Translations under genes and position numbers: made by a program
Source: a virus
Lineage: Duplodnaviria; Caudoviricetes
Virus record (IMG/VR): IMGVR_UViG_3300047272_000369
Coordinates: 1 to 42,139 of that record
Length of the DNA stretch: 42,139 bases
Strand: one strand, 5' to 3'
The notes under the pieces: model-generated
The model's database searches: none
Seen by the model: the letters and a program-made list of their open reading frames with translations, nothing else
Told to the model about the DNA's origin: nothing
Shown: positions 25,251-32,525 of the stretch, one piece after another
Layout of the letters: each line of letters opens with the position of its first letter
Numbering within the stretch: position 1 is the stretch's first letter

Positions 25251-25605
25251 AGCTGGCGCATTTGTCCTGACCCTGATGCATGCCGCTACCAACGCGCATA
25301 TCCTGCACCTGCGTAGCCGTAGCTTCTCGGAGCATATGGCCCTCAATACGTTCTACACTGAGCTTCCCGAGCTTGTTGATGCCTTGGCAGAGGCAATCCA
25401 GGGGCATGAGCAGGAATTGCTGGACTTCCCCATTGATTACTACGCTCCTGCTGAAACTGCCCTTGACGAACTGACCCAGCTGCAGGAATATGTGGAACAA
25501 GAACGCAAGATGATCCTGCCTGATGCCAGCGAGATTCAAAACGTTGTGGATGAGATTGCCCAGCTGATTGACTCAACGGTCTACAAGCTGAAGTTTCTGA
25601 AATAA
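25243..25605 (+). CDS. Ferritin/Dps-like four-helix protein (DUF5856-like)
   Basis: HILHL...SFSEHMALNTFY...DALAEAIQG...IQNVVDEI...YKLKFLK. Confidence 0.78.
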   Translation: MNEAGAFVLTLMHAATNAHILHLRSRSFSEHMALNTFYTELPELVDALAEAIQGHEQELLDFPIDYYAPAETALDELTQLQEYVEQERKMILPDASEIQNVVDEIAQLIDSTVYKLKFLK

Positions 25606-25695
25606 CCTGTTTGGCAGGGATAAATGAACATATAGGTTGTCAATTACAGCAATTCCGAAACCTATACATACAGTTTTCTCCTAGTGGTTGAAATT

Positions 25696-25728
25696 GGCCC
25701 TCCTGGAAACAGGGGGGTCTTTTTTTTT
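25696..25728 (+). terminator. Rho-independent terminator ending the right arm
   Basis: GGCCCTCCTG-GAAA-CAGGGGGGTC followed by T9. Confidence 0.9.
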
Positions 25729-26183
25729 GGCTTTTCAAATCCAGACACAAAATCAACTTGGAAAAAAAAGAGGGGCCTAAAATTTTGAAGGGGGGGGTCC
25801 TTTATACGCATGCGCATGAACACGAACCTCGTGTAGCGGCAAAGTAGTACATATACCCCCAAACTATGTACTGGGAATGCATACAGGTAATGGCAAAGTG
25901 CTACAAAATCCTGAAAAAGTGCTCGGATTCAGCGCGTAATCGACGTATCCTGCCCCATCCGGGCATCGGTTCAGCATGAATAGCATGGCAAACGCGTTAA
26001 ACGAGCCACAGCGAAGCGAATCAGGGCGGGTGCATAGTAGGGTGCAGCATTGGCAATTAAGCGATTGTGGGCCGTTTAAATCGGTCGGGTTTTGCAGGTT
26101 TTGTAGGGGCGGATTCACTCCTGCCAGTCACAGGACAGCATAGGCGCGTCAATCCATGCCAGCATTAGGCGGGCACAGGCGAC

Positions 26184-26207
26184 AAAAAACCCGGCACAGG
26201 GCCGGGC
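26184..26207 (-). terminator. Rho-independent terminator ending the minus-strand island
   Basis: CCCGGC-CCTGT-GCCGGG then T6 on the minus strand. Confidence 0.82.
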
Positions 26208-26210
26208 TAG

Positions 26211-26297
26211 TTATCTGTTACGCAATTTAGTGCGCATCTCTTCTGTGATCGCTAGCAGTCGGGCGCGAGCAATTAGGGCTAGGAGTTTAGGAGGCAT
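26211..26297 (-). CDS. Possible 28-aa peptide
   Basis: MPPKLLALIARARLLAITEEMRTKLRNR; fills the gap between the previous stop and the terminator. Confidence 0.35.
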   Translation of the reverse strand: MPPKLLALIARARLLAITEEMRTKLRNR

Positions 26298-26300
26298 GGT

Positions 26301-26516
26301 TTAGCCTTTATTGCGATTCAATTTGAAGGCAATATCAGCGCCCCCAGTCTTACCGATCCATCCGTGCCCGTCCCAACCATAGGCATCGCGTTGAAGGGTC
26401 AATTGATTTTCACCCCATGTAAGTTGAATCCATGTTGCGCCCTGTTTTAGGGCATCGCGCACGGCACAATTCAATTGAACAAAACTAGGTTTTTTCAGAT
26501 ATTCACGGGTAAACAT
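26301..26516 (-). CDS. Hypothetical protein (71 aa)
   Basis: ATG 2 nt after the upstream stop with AAAGG RBS; WGENQL...GWDGHGWIG. Confidence 0.65.
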   Translation of the reverse strand: MFTREYLKKPSFVQLNCAVRDALKQGATWIQLTWGENQLTLQRDAYGWDGHGWIGKTGGADIAFKLNRNKG

Positions 26517-26518
26517 AA

Positions 26519-27172
26519 TTAGCCTTTCTTGATCATGATCACACGGCCCATTTTTTGGCCATGCGCAGGGTATGCAATGAGGGAAATAGACTTGTCCCAG
26601 CATGCCCGGCACCCCGAGCATTTACCCTCATGCGCATAGGCACGGCACAGGGAAACTCCGGCTTGGGCTTGGAATGTGTCTGCAGTCGGGCCAATGACTG
26701 ACCCATGCAGGCCGGGGATGTATTCCCCGATCACGCTATCGGACGAAAAACGCACCGAGACATTCGGCAATGCTTGCATGCGTGCGAACACTTCACGGAA
26801 TTTGGGGAATTTGTGCATACGAGTCGGCAACCAATGCTGAACCCATGGGGTCGCTGCCATCACCTCATAAACCTTTTCAGCCAATGCCAGCGAATAAAGG
26901 TCGCCAGAATCTAGCCAACGGAAATAACGATCGGTTTCCAATTCCCGGACCATATCGTCAACCCATTCAACCCGCTGCCAGTCTTGTTTATTCTCGGCTC
27001 GGGGGGCTTTTACATTGGCAAAGTTATAGTTCCCTGTAGTGGCATAGCACCCTTTACAGGCATCGACCAGAACACCGGGGGATTCAATGCTGCCAGGGCA
27101 GGTTTCGATGGCCTGCAGGGACCAACTGCGGATTCCGTCCAATTTGGACGTTACAGAAATGCGCAATGCCAT
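26519..27172 (-). CDS. GP88-like Cys-rich protein (possible Fe-S / radical-SAM-like fold)
   Basis: TSKL..SWSL...TCPGS...CKGCYA, YFRWLDSGDL, HWLPTR, CSGCRACW; GGAG RBS. Confidence 0.75.
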   Translation of the reverse strand: MALRISVTSKLDGIRSWSLQAIETCPGSIESPGVLVDACKGCYATTGNYNFANVKAPRAENKQDWQRVEWVDDMVRELETDRYFRWLDSGDLYSLALAEKVYEVMAATPWVQHWLPTRMHKFPKFREVFARMQALPNVSVRFSSDSVIGEYIPGLHGSVIGPTADTFQAQAGVSLCRAYAHEGKCSGCRACWDKSISLIAYPAHGQKMGRVIMIKKG

Positions 27173-27205
27173 ATTCATACTCCATTTAATGCGCGATGCG
27201 GAATG

Positions 27206-27238
27206 CATCCCATAGCCCACAGAATGGGCTACAGGATG
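27206..27238 (-). other. 14-bp intergenic RNA hairpin (candidate processing/stability element)
   Basis: CAUCCUGUAGCCCA-UUCUG-UGGGCUAUGGGAUG; two G-U pairs form only on the minus strand. Confidence 0.6.
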
Positions 27239-27241
27239 GAA

Positions 27242-27322
27242 TCAGATGCCCAGGAATAGCAGGGTGGCGAACATGAGGCCAGTCAAAACGGCCGCAATGA
27301 CTTCTAATGCTTTATGTTTCAT
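27242..27322 (-). CDS. 26-aa single-TM micropeptide (not in ORF track)
   Basis: MKHKALEVIAAVLTGLMFATLLFLGI; GGAG RBS and ATGA overlap. Confidence 0.6.
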   Translation of the reverse strand: MKHKALEVIAAVLTGLMFATLLFLGI

Positions 27323-27603
27323 TCTTGATTCTCCAAGCGCTTGACTAGTGCCCATAGCGGGTATTCCACGCCGTCGGACAATGCGGTAATGATTTCGTCC
27401 ATGGGATGTTTCCAAGCGCTTTTGGCCATTCTGTTAGCCAAGCATTCAACGATGCGAAGAGCGACCTCTGGTGTCATATAGGCGTCAGGGATGGCACGCA
27501 GGGCTTGTTCTACGGGTTCAGCCATTGCGTCGGTGTCGGCCTCAGCCCGGGCGCGGAGGATAGCCTGGGGCACATAGTCGGCGGGTGAATTGGTGAGTGA
27601 CAT
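27319..27603 (-). CDS. Hypothetical protein (94 aa), first gene of the island
   Basis: AGGAAAGGAAAG RBS. Confidence 0.7.
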   Translation of the reverse strand: MSLTNSPADYVPQAILRARAEADTDAMAEPVEQALRAIPDAYMTPEVALRIVECLANRMAKSAWKHPMDEIITALSDGVEYPLWALVKRLENQE

Positions 27604-27636
27604 GTCTTTCCTTTCCTGTTCCGTTAAGACAGACAG

Positions 27637-27704
27637 ATATTCGGGCTTGGATGCATGCTTGCGAATAGGGGAAAACCCTAGGTTTGGGCACTTTAAACCC
27701 TAGG
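27637..27704 (-). promoter_or_regulatory. Promoter with palindrome TAGGGGAAAACCCTA (27666-27680) and an extra half-site
   Basis: GAATAT 23 nt from the box on the minus strand; AAACCCTAGG repeated at 27673 and 27695. Confidence 0.55.
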
Positions 27705-27751
27705 GGATGAAAGTATTACTTGATAGAAGGCTAATCAAGATGCAATTAGAG

Positions 27752-27800
27752 TGTGGATAACTTGTGCATAAGCAATGAGTTATTCACAGGGTGTGGATAA
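27752..27800. promoter_or_regulatory. Cluster of four DnaA boxes
   Basis: TGTGGATAA 27752-60, TGTGCATAA 27763-71, TTATTCACA 27780-88, TGTGGATAA 27792-800; all fit TTATNCACA. Confidence 0.8.
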
Positions 27801-28159
27801 GTGCCAGGATGTGGGTTTAGCAGGGGTTCAATAGCCCGGACGAAAAGAAAACCAACCAACCCCAAATCGGCTGTGTCCCGCATATCTATTAGGGAGAGCT
27901 ATAGGAGAGCACATAGAACTATGCCTCTCTTCCAGAGCCGGCGATTGAGCCGGACAGACTGACGCAATACTGCAAAACATCAATAGTGATCGGGCCCCTT
28001 CCCGCGCCATTCCTAGCTCCCCCCTCCCATAAACAAACGATGACCTCCCATAGATATGTGGGGGGGTACAGCTGGAACCAGGGTGAAATAGGGGGGCCCA
28101 GTGACCACAAGCCGAAATTTCCACAAAAACTTCCCCTGCCTAAAAAAGCAGCACCACCC

Positions 28160-28172
28160 TAAGTCCTTGATT
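28160..28172 (-). promoter_or_regulatory. IHF binding site
   Basis: TAAGTCCTTGATT is the reverse complement of a perfect WATCAANNNNTTR. Confidence 0.6.
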
Positions 28173-28238
28173 TGTATATGACCTGGATCTGGAAGTGTCG
28201 TTAAACACGGTGTTTTATCCCTGCCAAACCATCTTGCC

Positions 28239-28269
28239 TGTGGATAACTTTGTTTAAGGCTGTGAATAA
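28239..28269. promoter_or_regulatory. Pair of DnaA boxes 22 bp apart
   Basis: TGTGGATAA 28239-47 and TGTGAATAA 28261-69, followed by an AT-rich tract. Confidence 0.75.
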
Positions 28270-28396
28270 CTTCTGGAAGGCGAGTCTGTTTTTAAATTTT
28301 TTGCCCAAAAGTTTTATGGCAATGAATTGGGTGCTGGAATCGTTGCTGGATCAACGAATCGCCCTAGGTGTTAGATTGCGGTATATTTCTGTACAT

Positions 28397-28472
28397 TCCC
28401 TAGTAGCTCAGTAGGTAGAGCTCCTGACTGTTAATCAGGCGGTCATTGGTTCGAATCCAGTCTGGGGAGCCA
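28397..28472 (+). tRNA. trnN: tRNA-Asn(GTT) with encoded CCA
   Basis: 76-nt cloverleaf: TCCCTAG/CTGGGGA acceptor, CCTGA-CTGTTAA-TCAGG anticodon arm, TTCGAAT T-loop. Confidence 0.96.
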
Positions 28473-28556
28473 TGATGGCCCGTTCTGCTAAGTGAGGCTC
28501 CGGGTTAACCGGGAATGTGGAAAAATCCCACACGGGTTCTTTTGATTGGAGATGGT

Positions 28557-29066
28557 ATGGCGTGGACATTGGCTGATCCGATATTGGATGTTGAGGCGAT
28601 AGTTGAACTGGCTGATTCCAACTATGGGGGTGAGGTCGAGGGCATCATTAATCGCAGCCGGGATGTGTTTAGACACCGGGTGACTGTTGCGGCTACGGAG
28701 CAGGTGTTTAACCGGTACAGGGAGTTTCTGGCGGCTTGCTGGGATGAGAAGCGGCTACTGGCGTTTTGCTGGTTTGATCGGGGCGGGTATACGACTTACT
28801 CCAATGAGGAGATTTCCAATGCCAAGTTCCACAGCGTCGATCTATCACTTCCTGCCAAACAGCGCCTACGGCTCGTGCATGAGATGATTGACCAGCACAT
28901 CCTCTGGGCAAATCAATGCGGTATACCGATAATCTGCTCAACCTCTATCCGTGCGGATCAGGGGACTTTTATGCGGGTACATCAGAGGCGTGGGTTTTCG
29001 GTAAACGGGAGCTATGCCTGGATTCGTACCGAAAAAGCTATGGAGTTGCTACATGACAAAAGATGA
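28557..29066 (+). CDS. GNAT-fold-like protein
   Basis: GGAG RBS; pattern RLLAFCW...LVHEMIDQHILWA...FMRVHQRRGFSVNG resembles acetyltransferase topology. Confidence 0.5.
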   Translation: MAWTLADPILDVEAIVELADSNYGGEVEGIINRSRDVFRHRVTVAATEQVFNRYREFLAACWDEKRLLAFCWFDRGGYTTYSNEEISNAKFHSVDLSLPAKQRLRLVHEMIDQHILWANQCGIPIICSTSIRADQGTFMRVHQRRGFSVNGSYAWIRTEKAMELLHDKR

Positions 29067-29526
29067 CCTCCTGTTTGGGCCTATCCGTGAGGCTGGAACC
29101 AATGTGTCTAGCGAGGCTAAGAAGGCTGACGCTCGGGCTCGGTATGCTGAGAAAAAGGCCATGAAGATTGCGACGGGTGAGCGGGAACCCCGGGAGATGA
29201 AAGAGTCCACCAACCCTAAGGGCCGTCCGAAGTCGGTGGTTAACCGGGTGACGGAATACGGGTCGCTCTTTAATAAGCTCAATCAAGAACGGACAGAAAA
29301 GGGCCTTCAACCCCTGAAAACGGCCATGGAAGTCCTAATTGACGCCATGCAGTCGGACGAGATTGATTTGAAGGATAAGGCTAAGATTGCGGAAAAGCTG
29401 GCGACCTTTGAATCTAGCCGGGCTCCGATCATCTCTATTGAGCATGTCCAGAACATTGCCAAGGATGAAGAGGTTTCTGCAGACGATGCTTTGGAAGATT
29501 TCTTGTCCGCTATTCGTAAAGTTTAG
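29053..29526 (+). CDS. Putative terminase small subunit
   Basis: NPKGRPK motif, helical body, upstream of TerL. Confidence 0.55.
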   Translation: MTKDDLLFGPIREAGTNVSSEAKKADARARYAEKKAMKIATGEREPREMKESTNPKGRPKSVVNRVTEYGSLFNKLNQERTEKGLQPLKTAMEVLIDAMQSDEIDLKDKAKIAEKLATFESSRAPIISIEHVQNIAKDEEVSADDALEDFLSAIRKV

Positions 29527-29585
29527 GAAAAGGGGTAATATATGTACCGTAAACCCACCCTGCTGCAATCGCTGAAAGGTTCTCA

Positions 29586-29873
29586 ATGAGCTATACATCT
29601 GGCAACAAAGCCCCTACGCTGATGGCGCAGGCTCCCAATCGTGTTGGCAATAAGTCCAAAGATCCGGCCAAGTTGTCGGGTGGCGTGACTGCTGTTACCC
29701 GTCCGCAAGGTAATGTGGTTTATGCAGCTGGCCGTCAAGGCGCTCCCAAGGTTGGCAAAGAGGCCACTTCTGGCCGTGGCCAAAAAGTCATGGTGCATAC
29801 CTGTGGCTGCGACAATGTTACCCCGCGCAACGATGCGTACATGGGTAAGTCCACTACTAACTACCGGGGTTAA
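29586..29873 (+). CDS. Small basic hypothetical protein (95 aa)
   Basis: AAAGG RBS; K/R/G-rich. Confidence 0.6.
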   Translation: MSYTSGNKAPTLMAQAPNRVGNKSKDPAKLSGGVTAVTRPQGNVVYAAGRQGAPKVGKEATSGRGQKVMVHTCGCDNVTPRNDAYMGKSTTNYRG

Positions 29874-29875
29874 TC

Positions 29876-30097
29876 ATGTCGTACGGCAAAGTTATTTCTG
29901 GCGGCAAGCAAATGTCCAAGGGCCTGACTAAAGGCATCAACGACAAGCTGGCCGGTTTTGAGGGCGAGAACAAGCGCCGTGCTGTTGTGGCTGGTGCGGT
30001 TCGTAATGCTTTCACGCAAAACCCCTTGTCTGACAATCACACCAACAATGTGAATGGCGGTAAGTTCACGGTTCCGAAACTTCCTAAAAACGTTTGA
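29876..30097 (+). CDS. Small basic hypothetical protein (73 aa)
   Basis: Follows the previous stop by 2 nt; also starts MSY. Confidence 0.6.
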   Translation: MSYGKVISGGKQMSKGLTKGINDKLAGFEGENKRRAVVAGAVRNAFTQNPLSDNHTNNVNGGKFTVPKLPKNV

Positions 30098-30107
30098 AAG
30101 GTAAAGC

Positions 30108-30749
30108 ATGGCAACGTATGACATTGAAGCGCTAAAGCAAGACCTCCCTTCTGCAAAAGAGCTAGCCCAGTTTGTTTATGACCGGGCTGGCATTGCGCTT
30201 GACCTTATTGGTAAGCCCAAGGATGAGCAGTACACCGTTGCAAAACGGGCGCTGGAGGGCAAGAACGTCCCCACGGAATATCTGACGCAAGATAACCCGT
30301 ATGTGGACAAAAAGGATTTGATTCCTGAAGACCCCATGCCCCCGGTTCCGGAGCGGGAAAAGGATCTGCCTGACCGTGATGCTCAGGTCAATTTCTTTGG
30401 TGCCACCAATATGCCGCATCCGCTGGACCCCCAGTCGGATCGCAAGGTGCATATCTCGTTTCGCAAATACGAGAACGGCGCTATCACTTACGAGGTTGTT
30501 GGTCCGCTGGAGAAGATTGCCATCGGCAGTCGGATCAATAAGTATGGCCAGAATGTGCCCGAGCGCTATACATGGCTAGACCCCCGTACGGGTGAGCGCA
30601 TGATGCGTCGCCCTGATGGCACCCTGACGGAAAAAGGTCGCGGCCTGTATACCTACTGCGTCGGCGAAAAAGGCGCAGGCATCTGGAATCTGATTGACAA
30701 GGAACAGGTCAGTATTTCTGCCAAGAACATTGCTGACCCGTGGGCTTGA
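30108..30749 (+). CDS. Hypothetical protein (213 aa)
   Basis: AAAGG RBS; clean ORF in the packaging operon. Confidence 0.7.
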   Translation: MATYDIEALKQDLPSAKELAQFVYDRAGIALDLIGKPKDEQYTVAKRALEGKNVPTEYLTQDNPYVDKKDLIPEDPMPPVPEREKDLPDRDAQVNFFGATNMPHPLDPQSDRKVHISFRKYENGAITYEVVGPLEKIAIGSRINKYGQNVPERYTWLDPRTGERMMRRPDGTLTEKGRGLYTYCVGEKGAGIWNLIDKEQVSISAKNIADPWA

Positions 30750-30937
30750 TGGAAGATACGGCAAACATCTTCCGTACCAAGCTGCCCAATCAGGCGGAAG
30801 CCTGTGCGCGGAAAATTCTGGAATGGCTCCAGAAAGATCTGCAGGGCAGCAAAAAGCTCATGCCCGAAGAAGTATTCCATTTGGCATCGGCGGCAGAGAC
30901 ACTGTTGCTAATGCGCGACACCTATGGCAAAGAGTGA
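30749..30937 (+). CDS. Hypothetical protein (62 aa)
   Basis: TGATG coupling; overlaps TerL start. Confidence 0.5.
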   Translation: MEDTANIFRTKLPNQAEACARKILEWLQKDLQGSKKLMPEEVFHLASAAETLLLMRDTYGKE

Positions 30938-32516
30938 AGCCTCTGACTACATCCAGGCAGTTTACAAAGACCGTGCCCTAAAGCATGTTCTGAAATTGGC
31001 CGGAGGTAAGGCGGCAGTAAAGCATATGAACCCGGAACAGCTTCTGAAAATGAAGCTGGCTCGGGATCACGTTGCCAAAGACATGCAGTTCAATACGATG
31101 AAGTGGTTTCGGCCCTTCCCGTATCAAAAGGCATTCTTTGACACTGGCAAAGACTTTGTGCGTCGCGGCATGATTGCTGCCAACCGGGCGGGCAAGACCA
31201 TTGCGTCTACCTACGAGACCGCCTATCACCTGACCGGCAAGTATCCCAAATGGTGGACGGGCAAGGTGTGGGATAAGCCGGTGATCGCCATGTGTTCTGG
31301 CGAATCATGGGAACAGGTCGCTAAAACCCTGCAAAACAAGCTCCTGGGCTGCGATGACATCAAGCAGTCCTACAAGCTGGGAACGGGCTCTATTCCCAGA
31401 GATCTGATTGATGAGAAGTCAATCCGTACTGACGGCGCTAACGTGCTGGCCGTGGAAATCAAGCACTCCAGCGGCGGCAAGTCCAAGTTGTATTTTTCCA
31501 ACTACACCCAGCAATCCAAGAACCTGCAGGGTTTTGAGCTAGACCTCGTGGTGCTGGACGAGCAGCCGCCGGACGAGATCTTCTCGGAATTGGTGGTCCG
31601 TACTGCGCAGAGGAACGGTCAGGTTCTGTGCTCTTTTACCCCGCTCAAAGGTATGTCCGGGCTGGTGAGAAAGTTTTGGGATAAGGTCGATGGATACACC
31701 CACGTTCGGGTAACATGGGACGACATTCCTTACGAGAACGAATGGGGAGAAGAGTTTTTCTCTCAAAAAGACCGGGACCAACTTTCCCGGGACTTTATGC
31801 CTTGGGAACGCAAGTGCCGCATGGAAGGCATCCCGTTGGTCGGCAAGGGCGTTGTCTTTCCTTTGCTGGACTGGCCTACCTACAAAGCCGAGGATCTGGA
31901 GCTATCCAAGAATCCCAAGCTGGAGCGGCTTATCTCGTTTGACTTGGGTATCAAAAACGACCCGACTGTCATTAGTTACTTTTTCCGTAATCCCGAGACG
32001 CAGGTTATCTATCTGCATCGGCAAATTACTGTGGATAAGGGCCAAACACCGGACGAATATATCCATTTCTTAATGGACGCAGAATCTAGGGGTGTGCCGA
32101 TTGCATTACCTCACGACGGTAGCCAGCCGGGACGGTATACGCTGACGGAACAATCGGTGCGGGAAACCTTTGAGGACACTTATGGGTTGAACGTCATTCC
32201 GGGCGCGATCTTGAACCCTGTGAACGATCAGGGTAAAGTGACTAACCATAAGTCTTACGGCATCAATATAATGCGCCTAGGCTTGGAGCGCAGTACGTTA
32301 ATGATCAACGAAAATTGCCTGCGTTTCCTTGATGAAGCACGGAATTATGCAATTGATGATGCCGGCCGTTTTTCTGACCCGGACGACCATATTGACTCTG
32401 CCCGGATTGGCATTTTGGCCCTGATTCAGGGACATGGTGAGACGATGGTAAGTCGGTCTCAATCGTTGGCTCATAAACGCCTCGCGCCTGTTGAAGGCAA
32501 AATGCAGCGAATCTAA
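30924..32516 (+). CDS. terL: Terminase large subunit (P22 gp2-like)
   Basis: AANRAGKT Walker A, LVVLDEQPP Walker B, SFTPLKG, SFDLG and DDHIDSAR nuclease motifs. Confidence 0.95.
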   Translation: MAKSEASDYIQAVYKDRALKHVLKLAGGKAAVKHMNPEQLLKMKLARDHVAKDMQFNTMKWFRPFPYQKAFFDTGKDFVRRGMIAANRAGKTIASTYETAYHLTGKYPKWWTGKVWDKPVIAMCSGESWEQVAKTLQNKLLGCDDIKQSYKLGTGSIPRDLIDEKSIRTDGANVLAVEIKHSSGGKSKLYFSNYTQQSKNLQGFELDLVVLDEQPPDEIFSELVVRTAQRNGQVLCSFTPLKGMSGLVRKFWDKVDGYTHVRVTWDDIPYENEWGEEFFSQKDRDQLSRDFMPWERKCRMEGIPLVGKGVVFPLLDWPTYKAEDLELSKNPKLERLISFDLGIKNDPTVISYFFRNPETQVIYLHRQITVDKGQTPDEYIHFLMDAESRGVPIALPHDGSQPGRYTLTEQSVRETFEDTYGLNVIPGAILNPVNDQGKVTNHKSYGINIMRLGLERSTLMINENCLRFLDEARNYAIDDAGRFSDPDDHIDSARIGILALIQGHGETMVSRSQSLAHKRLAPVEGKMQRI

Positions 32517-32525
32517 GGAAATCTT

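Noticed and set aside
25651-25672. LexA box at CTATACATACAG
   Set aside because: Only the right half-site matches; no CTG at the required distance
27720-27738. FNR site TTGAT...ATCAA
   Set aside because: Spacer is 9 nt rather than 4; may be another regulator's site but cannot be supported
27828-28124. Minus-strand ORFs in the DnaA-box region (and 25662-26118)
   Set aside because: No RBS, atypical composition, overlap regulatory-looking DNA; treated as non-coding
28397-28472. tRNA as attP or evidence of genetic-code reassignment
   Set aside because: No integrase recognised; anticodon is ordinary Asn GTT and genes read intact in code 11
28473-28545. HDV-like (theta) ribozyme after the tRNA
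   Set aside because: Could not build the nested double pseudoknot: no P1 starting at the tRNA 3' end and no J4/2 strand with catalytic C; no hammerhead core either
32030-32038. DnaA box TGTGGATAA inside terL
   Set aside because: Isolated single match within coding sequence; compatible with chance
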